A stretch of DNA of 37,696 nucleotides from a virus (IMGVR_UViG_3300021090_000069:1-37696); one strand, 5' to 3'; positions 17,386-26,111 are shown, counted from the stretch's first letter. Made by a program: numbers and translations. The notes: generated by a model from the sequence alone, not told the origin.

Positions 17386-17714
17386 TATTTCCTGCCCTCC
17401 CATTCTATCGAGTAGTGATTTCCGTCTCCGAATTCCCCGCCCCACCTGCAGAGGGGATGCCTTGTTTTCCAGAGTTCTCCGCTTGCCTTGTGTTGTTCTG
17501 TCTTATCGAGGTATTTGCCATCCTTATAAAGCAGCAGATCCCCTGCCAGCCCTTTGTGATGCAGGCTGTTTTTCATGTGGTCGGAGGTCGGGTCCTTCAG
17601 CGTGATCCGCTCGGTGACCTCATCATAGGCGACGTCATACCCTGCCAGGCAGAGGTCAATGACGTGCTGACTGATCAGCCTCGTAAACAGGCATCTGGCC
17701 TCTCTAAGCGTCAT
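17385..17714 (-). CDS. Endolysin, M15-family Zn peptidase (L-Ala-D-Glu-type)
   Basis: SLHHKGLAGDL (SxH..G.A.D) and WGGEFGDGNHYS; start MTLRE at 17714. Confidence 0.88.
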   Translation of the reverse strand: MTLREARCLFTRLISQHVIDLCLAGYDVAYDEVTERITLKDPTSDHMKNSLHHKGLAGDLLLYKDGKYLDKTEQHKASGELWKTRHPLCRWGGEFGDGNHYSIEWEGRK

Positions 17715-17868
17715 CTGTTTTCTTCTCCTCTGAACAGCATTGCTGACAGTGCTTGTCCAGTAACGCCGGACCCTTATAAATCTTGTAGAGGTTGCAGTTC
17801 TCACATGATCCCTCTGCCAGCTTCCGCATGATCTTGTCGTGGATCTCTATGAGGTTGCGGTCGGTCAT
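17704..17868 (-). CDS. 54-aa Cys-rich protein between holin and endolysin (missing from the ORF track)
   Basis: MTDRNLIEIHDKIMRKLAEGSCENC...HCQQCC...; ATGA overlap with the holin stop. Confidence 0.5.
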   Translation of the reverse strand: MTDRNLIEIHDKIMRKLAEGSCENCNLYKIYKGPALLDKHCQQCCSEEKKTDDA

Positions 17869-18212
17869 TTCCTGTCCCCCACGTTAAAATTCAGTCCCGT
17901 TTTCTTCTCTACAAACCGAGCGACAATAACAAGCGTTTCCTGTCCGACATATCCCCCAAGAGAGCACACAGCCCCGATATACATAGGGTCGCTAAGATGG
18001 TTATGAATGATCGCACCTGTCAGGGAACCAGCGAATAAAGACATGAGTAATGAGGATACTATCCGTCGCCAAGGCCATTTCCCGGTATGCCCACATATTC
18101 TCACTACCCCGCCGAGGAATCCCATAATGCCGAACATCAGCATCTTAATCATGTCGGTATGAATATCGAGATAGTGGTTTACCAGTTCCCTGAAAGTCTC
18201 TGGATTATTCAA
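17865..18212 (-). CDS. Phage holin (LydA-like, three TM)
   Basis: FGIMGFLGGVVR, SSLLMSLFAGSLTG, GAVCSLGGYVG; upstream of the endolysin. Confidence 0.78.
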   Translation of the reverse strand: MNNPETFRELVNHYLDIHTDMIKMLMFGIMGFLGGVVRICGHTGKWPWRRIVSSLLMSLFAGSLTGAIIHNHLSDPMYIGAVCSLGGYVGQETLVIVARFVEKKTGLNFNVGDRK

Positions 18213-18229
18213 TCATCATCCCTCCTCCT

Positions 18230-18571
18230 TTATATCCTCGAATAGATGCTCATAACCAATCCCACGCAGTTTTCCGTGACGACCTTCAGCCCGTTCCTGA
18301 GCTCTATCTCGCCGCCCTCCAGCCTGCCCGGCCAGTCCAGCTTGCCCTTCGCGGCGTTGTTCGGTATGCCGGGGATGGTCTGATCATCGATGTCGGTGAA
18401 GTAGAGCGTCCCGCCGTCAACGTCCCCCCAGATCATGCCTCCCATAAAATAGCCGTCGGACTCAAATATTGTGGTCGTAGCTGCCCCGGTTATCAGTTTT
18501 GGATTGTTGCAGCCCCGGGGATCTCCGCCGTTCTGGTCTTTCAGTGGTAGTTGCAAAACAAGTTTGCTCAT
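18230..18571 (-). CDS. Small beta-rich virion-like protein without a signal peptide
   Basis: Beta-strand pattern ending IELRNGLKVV; last gene before the lysis genes. Confidence 0.6.
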   Translation of the reverse strand: MSKLVLQLPLKDQNGGDPRGCNNPKLITGAATTTIFESDGYFMGGMIWGDVDGGTLYFTDIDDQTIPGIPNNAAKGKLDWPGRLEGGEIELRNGLKVVTENCVGLVMSIYSRI

Positions 18572-18790
18572 CTACATTAACCTCCCCTTTTTCAGTTTGT
18601 CCTTCATCTCCCTGATGCGGTCGGAGTTCTCCCTGCTGTTCCTCCGGCCCCGGTCATACAGCCCCCAAAACGTAGCTGCCAGGCTGCAGCAGAACAGCGT
18701 GACCGCCCACTCCATGCTCACCTGCGCCGTCGCACCTGCCGCCAGTAGCCCGGCGATCCCCGCCTTTGTCTTATAGCCGTGTATGTTCAT
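18572..18790 (-). CDS. Small membrane protein (holin-like or anchor)
   Basis: GYKT followed by two hydrophobic segments and a basic tail. Confidence 0.6.
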   Translation of the reverse strand: MNIHGYKTKAGIAGLLAAGATAQVSMEWAVTLFCCSLAATFWGLYDRGRRNSRENSDRIREMKDKLKKGRLM

Positions 18791-20205
18791 GGCAATGTCA
18801 CCCCGTCCATCAGTCCACCTCCCATTAGAGTATCTTGTTCTTCAGTGTCGCCGAGATTTGCAGGACGTCCGCTCCATGAGTAATTCCCCGCGCCGGCAAC
18901 CATCACATAGGTCTTGTTCAATGTTGCGTCCGTTCCGGCCATCTCGTATGAAGCCAGATCTGCCGAAATCTTTCTGTCCGCTTTCAGTATTGCATCCTCC
19001 CCCAGGTATGCGTAAGAGTCGCTTTCTGCATTTAAAATTTCACCGGCTGCTGGTCCTTGCAGTGTTGCGTCAGAACCTGTCCAGGCATAGGTCTCACTGT
19101 CGGCTGATAGTTTTCTCTGTGTAATTAAAGCAACCTCGTCCCCGCTCTGCGAGTAAATGCCTGTTTCAGCTTGAATTTTGCGATTATAGTTTAGTGTAGC
19201 CGCCGAACCTGAATAGGCATACGCTCCCTCGTCCGCATGAATATGGGGCATGGGAACATGCAGTTCCACCGAGGAGCCTGTCCATGTGTAAGGACCGCTT
19301 TCAGCAGTAAAGTTGTATGTTCTTTTGAAGGTGATGTCGCTGCCTGTTAAGGAATAGGAAGTTGAATCTGCCGCTATCTGAAATCCTTTATGAAACGACG
19401 CGTCTGTCCCGGTAAAGGAAAAAGAACCTGCCGCGGCCGTTATTGCCCTTCCTGTTTTGAGCGTTGCGCTTATCCCCGTATGAGTATAGCTGCCTGATTC
19501 CGCAGTCAGGATTTTTTGCGTTAATACCTCCTTAAAGCAGGCCATTATCATGGCTACGTCGTCGGACGCTACTGTATGGCTCATGGTGATAAGTCCATAA
19601 GAGCCTTGGAGGGCATACTGAGTCTCATAAGAGAATGCGCCTGGATCGTCTGTGTAGAGCAAGGTGTGTGTCCTTGCTGAAGGAGGGGATGTATACCCAT
19701 CTCCAAGGACATCTATGCAGACATCCCCATCCACGGTCGTAGTGCGGTTCAGCGAGGGATTTGCTCCATCCACATTCGTCGAGGTATTCTGGTCAAGTGC
19801 GGAAGTAGCTCCTGCCTGCGCCTTGAAGGATGCGGCATTGACCTGTATATTTTGCGATCCGGTATTGGGGACACTGATGTCATGTGCCGCTCCGGTCGGC
19901 GGATCGATCATGTACCACATCTCAACGCCCACCTCCTGAGCATTGAGGACTTCAGCCCCCACCTGTGTCATCGCTACGCTGTTATATGTAGGTGCGCCGC
20001 CTGTCCGGGACGTTTGGAGATGCTGAATCATCACAACAAGCAACGTTGTTCCTGAACCGCAGGTATAAGACAAGATCCTCGGATTAGGAGAAGTAAACAT
20101 TGTGGTCTGCGCCTTGGTGTCGTAGGTGTGTGCAGCGAATACATGAGGGACTACAGCAAGCAAAAAACCACAAGCTGATAGCCACCGTATGACTTTATTC
20201 TTCAT
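18787..20205 (-). CDS. Signal-peptide protein with about nine A-x-S-G-S-Y-x-x-T-G-x-x-A-T-L beta repeats (fibre-like)
   Basis: MKNKVIRWLSACGFLLAVVPHVFA; repeats in the C-terminal half. Confidence 0.8.
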   Translation of the reverse strand: MKNKVIRWLSACGFLLAVVPHVFAAHTYDTKAQTTMFTSPNPRILSYTCGSGTTLLVVMIQHLQTSRTGGAPTYNSVAMTQVGAEVLNAQEVGVEMWYMIDPPTGAAHDISVPNTGSQNIQVNAASFKAQAGATSALDQNTSTNVDGANPSLNRTTTVDGDVCIDVLGDGYTSPPSARTHTLLYTDDPGAFSYETQYALQGSYGLITMSHTVASDDVAMIMACFKEVLTQKILTAESGSYTHTGISATLKTGRAITAAAGSFSFTGTDASFHKGFQIAADSTSYSLTGSDITFKRTYNFTAESGPYTWTGSSVELHVPMPHIHADEGAYAYSGSAATLNYNRKIQAETGIYSQSGDEVALITQRKLSADSETYAWTGSDATLQGPAAGEILNAESDSYAYLGEDAILKADRKISADLASYEMAGTDATLNKTYVMVAGAGNYSWSGRPANLGDTEEQDTLMGGGLMDGVTLP

Positions 20206-20248
20206 AAATTATCCTGTAACATTTTGCTTAGATATACCTCTTCACCGT

Positions 20249-20449
20249 TTATTTCCCGAACAATTTTCCGCTTTCCGCTTTTATCCTGAAATGCCTTTTC
20301 GCCGGAACGGTATCGATCTCCTTTGGGTCTGTCGTGCAATAAATTGCCTGCCCCTTTTCGTCCTGGTAGATGACTGCATGATGACAGAACTTCGTCGGGC
20401 AACACCCCGCAAAGCTCAGGCCGATTATGATAAGCAGCAGCCTTTTCAT
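20249..20449 (-). CDS. Small lipoprotein
   Basis: MKRLLLIIIGLSFAG-C lipobox; directly abuts the upstream stop. Confidence 0.65.
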   Translation of the reverse strand: MKRLLLIIIGLSFAGCCPTKFCHHAVIYQDEKGQAIYCTTDPKEIDTVPAKRHFRIKAESGKLFGK

Positions 20450-20956
20450 TTATTGCAGCGTGAGGATCGACGTGCTGAAATCTACGGTGAAGGTCTCGGC
20501 GGCATTCAAGGTCACCCCTGCGGCTCCATAGTCCCAATAACCAAGAAGCGCATCAGCGGGGCTTGTCTGGGTATCATTGTAAAGCACCACATAGCGAAAC
20601 GGCCCCAGGGTCCCCGAGGCCAGAAACACGCAGTCCGTCCCTGCAACCGTGGCCGTGCCCGTTGTTTCAGAAAGGGTATTCTGGATATCGCACCCTCCAG
20701 CCCCGTGGTTGGACTCATTTGTCATGGTAATTTCGGCCAGATCGGTCTTGATAGTGTCAGCGGCCTGATCGGGGGCGGCGTTGCTCAGATAGACCTTGAT
20801 AACATGGCCGGAGGCCGTAAAGTCATGCTTTGCTGAAAACATCTGCTCAACAGCGTCATAGAATTTCACAAAAGACGCCGCCTGTGCCTGTCCTGCAAAA
20901 AGAACCACCATTGCCAAAACCAGTACTGCTAAAAACCCACTGAGTAATCTTTTCAT
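20450..20956 (-). CDS. Phage structural-type beta-sandwich protein with an added signal peptide
   Basis: MKRLLSGFLAVLVLAMVVLFAGQAQA; mature part has GPFRYVVLYNDT...LLGYWDYG...TL...ETFTVDF. Confidence 0.82.
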   Translation of the reverse strand: MKRLLSGFLAVLVLAMVVLFAGQAQAASFVKFYDAVEQMFSAKHDFTASGHVIKVYLSNAAPDQAADTIKTDLAEITMTNESNHGAGGCDIQNTLSETTGTATVAGTDCVFLASGTLGPFRYVVLYNDTQTSPADALLGYWDYGAAGVTLNAAETFTVDFSTSILTLQ

Positions 20957-20976
20957 TTTACTTCCTCCTTAGAAAG

Positions 20977-23019
20977 TTATTTTGTTGTCAGATATCCTCT
21001 GCTGGGGGCCCCAAAGGTCACTTGTCCCCAGAGAGAAGGATTTGCATAATTGCTGATGCCTAAAGGCCATGCTTTCTGGACATACGTTTGTTGACTTCCC
21101 TGTGTTTCTGAGGCAAGAAAACCCCAGACAGTACCTGCCTTGGGGATTATGGAAGTAATGCTGCTCAGCGGGATCCTGGCCCAGATAACATACCCGGAGG
21201 GAGAAATGGTAACCTGAGAGTACAGGGGAATGTCTTTCTCTCCGGCGCCGCTGTAATCGTATTTTTGGTTGTTGGCTGCAATCGTCAGAGCAATATCCGT
21301 TGAAATCATTGCAGACGTAATGTTATATGTCGGGGAAAACCTTGTCTCGATGCAGTCATCGGCATAACAATTCCCGTCCCTTGCACAATCCGCAACGACG
21401 TTGGTATCCGTTGAGGCCACACAAACATAGAGATAAGAGAAGTCGTACATCATTTTCCATGTCTGAAAATCCCCTACCGATAAGGAGTTGGCTGCGGAGA
21501 AATTATCGCAGGTGTTTTTAACCGTTGACTTGCCAAATATGACGTTGTAGTTTGTGCTTCCTCCACCAATAGGGTCGGTATAATCAGAGCCTTGTGCAGA
21601 CAAGGCGGATTCATTCCCGGCTGCATCGTGTGCCGATACCTGATAGGAATATTGAGTATCAGCGGTCAACCCGGAATCAGAAAAGGAAGTGCCTGTGACG
21701 TTTGAATAGATCAAAACACTGTCCCGGTAAACCTTGTAACCAGTAACCCCTACATTGTCAGTTGAGGCCGACCACGTGACAGACATGGTCGTTGTCCCTG
21801 TGTCCGCTGCAACAACATTTGTCGGCACTGTGGGGTCTTCTGTGTCACCTCCGCCCGCAGCATACTCGTAGGCACCTGAGTCAGGGTCTCCGTCTCTCGG
21901 TATCCCGATATAATCTGTCGCTGTCGCTGTTGAGGTATTGGCAAGTCCGATAGCGGGTGAGCCTGACTGAAGGCGATAGTCATGTCCAGAGGCATCATCA
22001 AATAAGGGGTTGCTTGTAAGATTCCCTGAGATTGTCCATCCCCCAGTACCTCCCGGCGTACCTGTGTTGTTGCCAGAGGTTGTGTGAGTCCCGATACTGC
22101 CTGAGGGGTTGTAAAGCAGGTTATTTTTAAAGGTACTGTTCGTGTCCGTCCCCACGTTTCGAACCGCGAACTCCCCGTTAGATTCACTGAGGTAGAAGAT
22201 GTTGTTTTCGACAAGGATATAAGCGTTGCTGATGTCGGTGTATATAACACCATCCCTGCCAGGATTTACAGGGGAGGCAAAAGTGTTATTGTATATGTAA
22301 TAGTGCCCTGCGCTGTTGGCTATTGTTATGTCGTAGCCTGCAAGGTTGTTATAGAAGATATTATTTACAATCCAGACGTAATCCGCATTAGTGTAGAGCC
22401 CGTGGTCATGGTTAAAAGCATAAAGATCGCAGACACCCGCCGACGTCCTTCCGATATCATAGAATACATTGGAATCCAAAACGTAATTCGCAGCCCCTTG
22501 CGAACCAACTCTTGCAGTGTAAACGCCTGACTTACCGCAAACATCATCTCCGCAGTCAAGCACGCAATCTACCCTGTGATTCATGCCATGTATTAGAGAG
22601 TTTTTAACGGTGATATCGTGTGAGCCGTCGAAGAAACGCAGGCCGTCCTTGCCCGTGTTCTTGATGTCCAAACCATCAACGACTAAATAAGCGGCATTAT
22701 CGCCGAATTGTATCCCGTACCCTGATGCAAAGTTATTGCCATCGAGGACAGCCCCCCACTGATTCTCAGCCCTGAAGGTAATCCAGTTGGATGATGTCCC
22801 GGCCCGATTAATACTTAATACGTAAGTGCTTCCGCCTGTATATGTACCATTACCGACAATAACCGTATCCCCCGGATTTACTATGTTGGCTGCTGCCTGT
22901 GGCGTGGTATAACAAGGGGTCGGTTTCCCGGAGCAATTTGGATAGACATACAATGTTGTTGCTGACGCCACTGTTGAGGCACTGAGCAGAAACCATAGTA
23001 CAAAAAATAATTGTTTCAT
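20977..23019 (-). CDS. Secreted multidomain protein: pectin-lyase-like beta-helix + FN3 + CBM9/DOMON-like domain
   Basis: Signal peptide MKQLFFVLWFLLSASTVASA; PGDTVIV.NGTY, NNIFYNN repeats, DYRLQSGSPAI; FN3 WSASTDNVGVTGY...YQVSAHDAAGNES; MYD..YLYV....D..V...DCIE. Confidence 0.85.
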   Translation of the reverse strand: MKQLFFVLWFLLSASTVASATTLYVYPNCSGKPTPCYTTPQAAANIVNPGDTVIVGNGTYTGGSTYVLSINRAGTSSNWITFRAENQWGAVLDGNNFASGYGIQFGDNAAYLVVDGLDIKNTGKDGLRFFDGSHDITVKNSLIHGMNHRVDCVLDCGDDVCGKSGVYTARVGSQGAANYVLDSNVFYDIGRTSAGVCDLYAFNHDHGLYTNADYVWIVNNIFYNNLAGYDITIANSAGHYYIYNNTFASPVNPGRDGVIYTDISNAYILVENNIFYLSESNGEFAVRNVGTDTNSTFKNNLLYNPSGSIGTHTTSGNNTGTPGGTGGWTISGNLTSNPLFDDASGHDYRLQSGSPAIGLANTSTATATDYIGIPRDGDPDSGAYEYAAGGGDTEDPTVPTNVVAADTGTTTMSVTWSASTDNVGVTGYKVYRDSVLIYSNVTGTSFSDSGLTADTQYSYQVSAHDAAGNESALSAQGSDYTDPIGGGSTNYNVIFGKSTVKNTCDNFSAANSLSVGDFQTWKMMYDFSYLYVCVASTDTNVVADCARDGNCYADDCIETRFSPTYNITSAMISTDIALTIAANNQKYDYSGAGEKDIPLYSQVTISPSGYVIWARIPLSSITSIIPKAGTVWGFLASETQGSQQTYVQKAWPLGISNYANPSLWGQVTFGAPSRGYLTTK

Positions 23020-23026
23020 TTTTCTC

Positions 23027-23761
23027 CTATAACCAAGAATTGTAAATCTTTATATTGTCTATCGCAAAATCTCCTGAGTACGTTTTAGCATTTCCAATAT
23101 GGAGGGTAGTGGGAGTTCCCGTCATGGTATTCAAGGCACTACTGGAGGTTCCTGTGTTAGCATCGTTATAGCTGATGGAAAGATGTAAGCCCCCTACGGC
23201 TGCATAAGACCACTTTGCTGTTACCTTCAACCACTGTCCGGTAGGGATATTCGATGTATTGGCTGTAAAGGCTGTGATGAGCGAGTTTTGCCCTTCATAT
23301 AAAAGTTTAAGCCTGTTGTATGTCCCTGCTTCCTGATAGACCAGAATCCTGTCCGTGTCCTCGTTATACTGCAAGTTAAAAACCCAAGTATTCGCAACAA
23401 AGGTGTTCAGGTAAAGATAAAAAATAGCGGTTCCCGCCCTCTCATCCGCAATATCCCTGTTTGACACAGTAAAACCATAGTAGTCCCCTGACGTTGGGAA
23501 GTCACAAGAATATGTACCGTCCTGCACCACATCGCTGTTGATGGCTGCTGCTGAATAACCCGTAGCCAAATCATCCCCCAGAGAACACCCCTGCGGAGTA
23601 CCACTGGTTACGGTAGTTGATTCACAATGCCACGAAAAAAGAAGCCCCCCAGTACAGGAGTCTCCCCCTCCGCCTCCGGCTGTTTTGATAATCAACCCGT
23701 CAGCAGTGGCGATAGTGGGGAGAAGAAGACAGAGGAATAATATAATTAATATTTTCTTCAT
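23027..23761 (-). CDS. Secreted LamG/concanavalin-like domain protein
   Basis: Start MKKILIILFLCLLLPTIATA at 23761 (TGATG-coupled); GQWLKVTAKW...LHIGN...IDNIKIY. Confidence 0.8.
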   Translation of the reverse strand: MKKILIILFLCLLLPTIATADGLIIKTAGGGGGDSCTGGLLFSWHCESTTVTSGTPQGCSLGDDLATGYSAAAINSDVVQDGTYSCDFPTSGDYYGFTVSNRDIADERAGTAIFYLYLNTFVANTWVFNLQYNEDTDRILVYQEAGTYNRLKLLYEGQNSLITAFTANTSNIPTGQWLKVTAKWSYAAVGGLHLSISYNDANTGTSSSALNTMTGTPTTLHIGNAKTYSGDFAIDNIKIYNSWL

Positions 23762-25176
23762 CAGTTCACCGTATAGTAAATACAGACCATGCAATCGGTA
23801 TTTGTACCTGAGACTGAGGTTGTATGAAACTGGATCACATCGTTTGCGTCTATGGAAGGATTGCTGAGCGTTCCATCGTCTGTCTGTGTCGTAGTGGCTG
23901 TGATGTCTGTTGCGCCGTCTATTCCCGCACAGCCCGCCGCTGCGCTGTCGCACTCGTCGAAATGACCTACGACATTAGTGGCCCCCCGCTGCGTAACTCT
24001 TGCCTGCCGTATGGTTATCGCATACGGGAATTGTTCGACCATATAATCGCTTGCTGTTGTAGCGGCTGCGATTGTGGTGCATTTGGACTGATAGGCAGGC
24101 AGGAAAGCGCTGCCCGGCGAAGCATTGCCGTAGAACTGCACTCCTGAAGCTGCTCCCGCCCCTGTTCTTACTGCAAATTCCCCGGCTGCATCGGTTGTCG
24201 GGGATGCGCCTGCAGGAGCAACGCCATCCTCACCCACAATATAGTTCTTGTCCTTGGGGGTAAGGGTTATCTTGTGCGCAGCAAGACCGGACAGATCGAA
24301 CTCCATCTGTTTCGTTGGGGTGGTGGCATTCTCAAAATACACATCATCGGACAAGGAGCTTATAGGCAGAACGCTGGACGGGGCGGCATAACCGTCACTG
24401 CCCCCGAGCAAAATATAGTCTTCCTGCAAAGGAGGCCTGCACTGGTTCACCCATATTGCGGCTGTAAGGGTCACGTCCTTTGCGATCCACTTGCAGGCGG
24501 TTGTGGTATCAATCCATGTCCAGCCGACGGTGTACCCGTCTCCGGTGTCGTCGTTTGCCGTAGGAGCTCCGGCATATACGGTAGCGCGGAGAAGTGTTGC
24601 GTCTATCTTGTTGTCGTCTGTCGAGTCGCCTGCGAGTCTGTCCGGATCAAAGTCGTCGGAAGTTGCCGACTCTTTTTCAGCATAGATCTCTTCCAATGCA
24701 TTTTGGACATCACTGGAATCCAGATCCCCTGTGGGCGTTACCGCTACTCCTGCCGCTGCCTGAGGAGTGATGAGATCAGGATCTATCATGTTGTCGTCGG
24801 TTGTGTCGCCTGCAAGTCTGTCCGGATCAAAGTCGTTGGAAGTTGCCGATTCCTTGTCTGCGTAGATCTCCTGCAGCGCCTCCTGGACATCATCTGCCGC
24901 CATAGCTCCGGAGGGCGTTACCGGCACTTCCGCCGCTATCTGGTTATCGAGTGTGCCGGTTTCGATCAGGTCCCTGACTGCGTTCTTTGAGGGCGCGTCC
25001 GTTGTTACTCCATTCCAGGTCGTCGCATTATACGTCTCGTCTGAAACCGATGCGCCGGTTCCGGTGCCGCCTCCGCCGAACACCCGGTCGAAGACTCCCG
25101 CATCGACAGGAGCCGTGCATAGTATCAGGAGTATGCTGATCCTTGCAATCAAAAATCCGAAATCCGCAATTCTCAT
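23761..25176 (-). CDS. Tail-fibre-like protein with a signal peptide and a 60-aa internal duplication
   Basis: MRIADFGFLIARISILLILCTAPVDA; fibre-type motifs WNGVTTDAPSKNAV, VQ.AL.EI, APTANDD..DGY.VG..WIDT. Confidence 0.78.
   Translation of the reverse strand: MRIADFGFLIARISILLILCTAPVDAGVFDRVFGGGGTGTGASVSDETYNATTWNGVTTDAPSKNAVRDLIETGTLDNQIAAEVPVTPSGAMAADDVQEALQEIYADKESATSNDFDPDRLAGDTTDDNMIDPDLITPQAAAGVAVTPTGDLDSSDVQNALEEIYAEKESATSDDFDPDRLAGDSTDDNKIDATLLRATVYAGAPTANDDTGDGYTVGWTWIDTTTACKWIAKDVTLTAAIWVNQCRPPLQEDYILLGGSDGYAAPSSVLPISSLSDDVYFENATTPTKQMEFDLSGLAAHKITLTPKDKNYIVGEDGVAPAGASPTTDAAGEFAVRTGAGAASGVQFYGNASPGSAFLPAYQSKCTTIAAATTASDYMVEQFPYAITIRQARVTQRGATNVVGHFDECDSAAAGCAGIDGATDITATTTQTDDGTLSNPSIDANDVIQFHTTSVSGTNTDCMVCIYYTVN
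24602..24938. repeat. In-frame 180-bp tandem duplication
   Basis: 24602ff aligns with 24782ff (KESATS.DFDPDRLAGD.TDDN.ID twice). Confidence 0.9.
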
Positions 25177-25538
25177 CTGCTTATCCTCCCGACCACCGTT
25201 CCTGAGGTAAACGCGCCGGTCTTTACTCCAAAGCGATACAGCACGCCGGTTTCAGGCTCATAGCCGACTTCTTCGGTGTTTGCCGTGAACGTCTTGACAT
25301 CAACCCAGGTGGAGCCTGAGTCATAGGACCGCTGCACCGTGACCGTGGCGTCCCACGTGCCGGAAAGCGACAGGTTGAAATACCCCTGCATTGCGGCTGC
25401 CTCCGAAAACGTGTTTTGCGCCGTGATGCTTTTGGTCACATAGCCGACCGTAGCTCCTGCAAATCCGACAAAGCAAAGTGTAAAAATCAAAATTAAAAGA
25501 AGTCCGCTATTTTGAATTTTAAATTTAGAATTTTGCAT
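25173..25538 (-). CDS. Small beta-sandwich virion-like protein with a signal peptide
   Basis: MQNSKFKIQNSGLLLILIFTLCFVGFAGA; FNLSLSGTW.ATVTVQRS.D.G.TW.DV. Confidence 0.78.
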   Translation of the reverse strand: MQNSKFKIQNSGLLLILIFTLCFVGFAGATVGYVTKSITAQNTFSEAAAMQGYFNLSLSGTWDATVTVQRSYDSGSTWVDVKTFTANTEEVGYEPETGVLYRFGVKTGAFTSGTVVGRISR

Positions 25539-25553
25539 TATCTATCCTCCCTT

Positions 25554-26111
25554 TTATATCAGGTTAAAGTTGTCATTGATCTTCGTGGTATCCGCAAAAC
25601 TGTAACTCTTGGTTTTTTTCACGACCTCATCACCCCAAAGCGGAACGTTGCCCGGCGCACTGCTTGCCTTTGCGCTGAACAGGTCGTAGCCGGTCCCGGC
25701 TGCCTTGCCCGCAAAACTGAGGCTTGCGCCGACTGCATACGAATCCGCCGCCCGGGTGGCCTGTTCGCCCTCGTCTATAAGAAAACGCGCCCGGTTGTCG
25801 GCGTCCCTGAGGGCCTGCAGCGCGTCCATCTCGCTTAACGTGTCCGTATGTGCCAGCAGTGCCTCGGGCGTGCCTGCAAGCATTGCCCCTGAAGCTCCGA
25901 AGGCCGCTGCCTGCTCACCCAGGAGCAACTCTCCTTTTTTGCGTATGGCTGCCGCTTCTCTCCTGCCGCGCTCCTTTTCGAGGTCTGCCTGTTCTTCCCT
26001 TTGCTCCCGCTCCTCTTCAGCCGCCTTTTTCTGCTCGGTGATGCTGTAGGCCGTGCCTGCTGCTCCGACGAGTAGCGCCCCGACCGCGATGATCGTGCTG
26101 ATTGCCGGCAT
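25554..26111 (-). CDS. Internal virion protein (gp14-like)
   Basis: Gly/Ala hydrophobic N-terminus, coiled coil, G.Q.AAFGASG; directly after the GNAT gene. Confidence 0.78.
   Translation of the reverse strand: MPAISTIIAVGALLVGAAGTAYSITEQKKAAEEEREQREEQADLEKERGRREAAAIRKKGELLLGEQAAAFGASGAMLAGTPEALLAHTDTLSEMDALQALRDADNRARFLIDEGEQATRAADSYAVGASLSFAGKAAGTGYDLFSAKASSAPGNVPLWGDEVVKKTKSYSFADTTKINDNFNLI

Noticed and set aside
20202-20537. 111-aa alternative minus-strand ORF
   Set aside because: Overlaps 20450..20956 out of frame; the lipoprotein ORF 20249..20449 fits the gene packing and has a lipobox.
24602-24938. Possible DGR template/variable repeat pair, given the BPP-1-like virion genes
   Set aside because: The copies are adjacent and in frame within one gene, the mismatches are not confined to adenines, and no reverse transcriptase ORF is visible in the genome.
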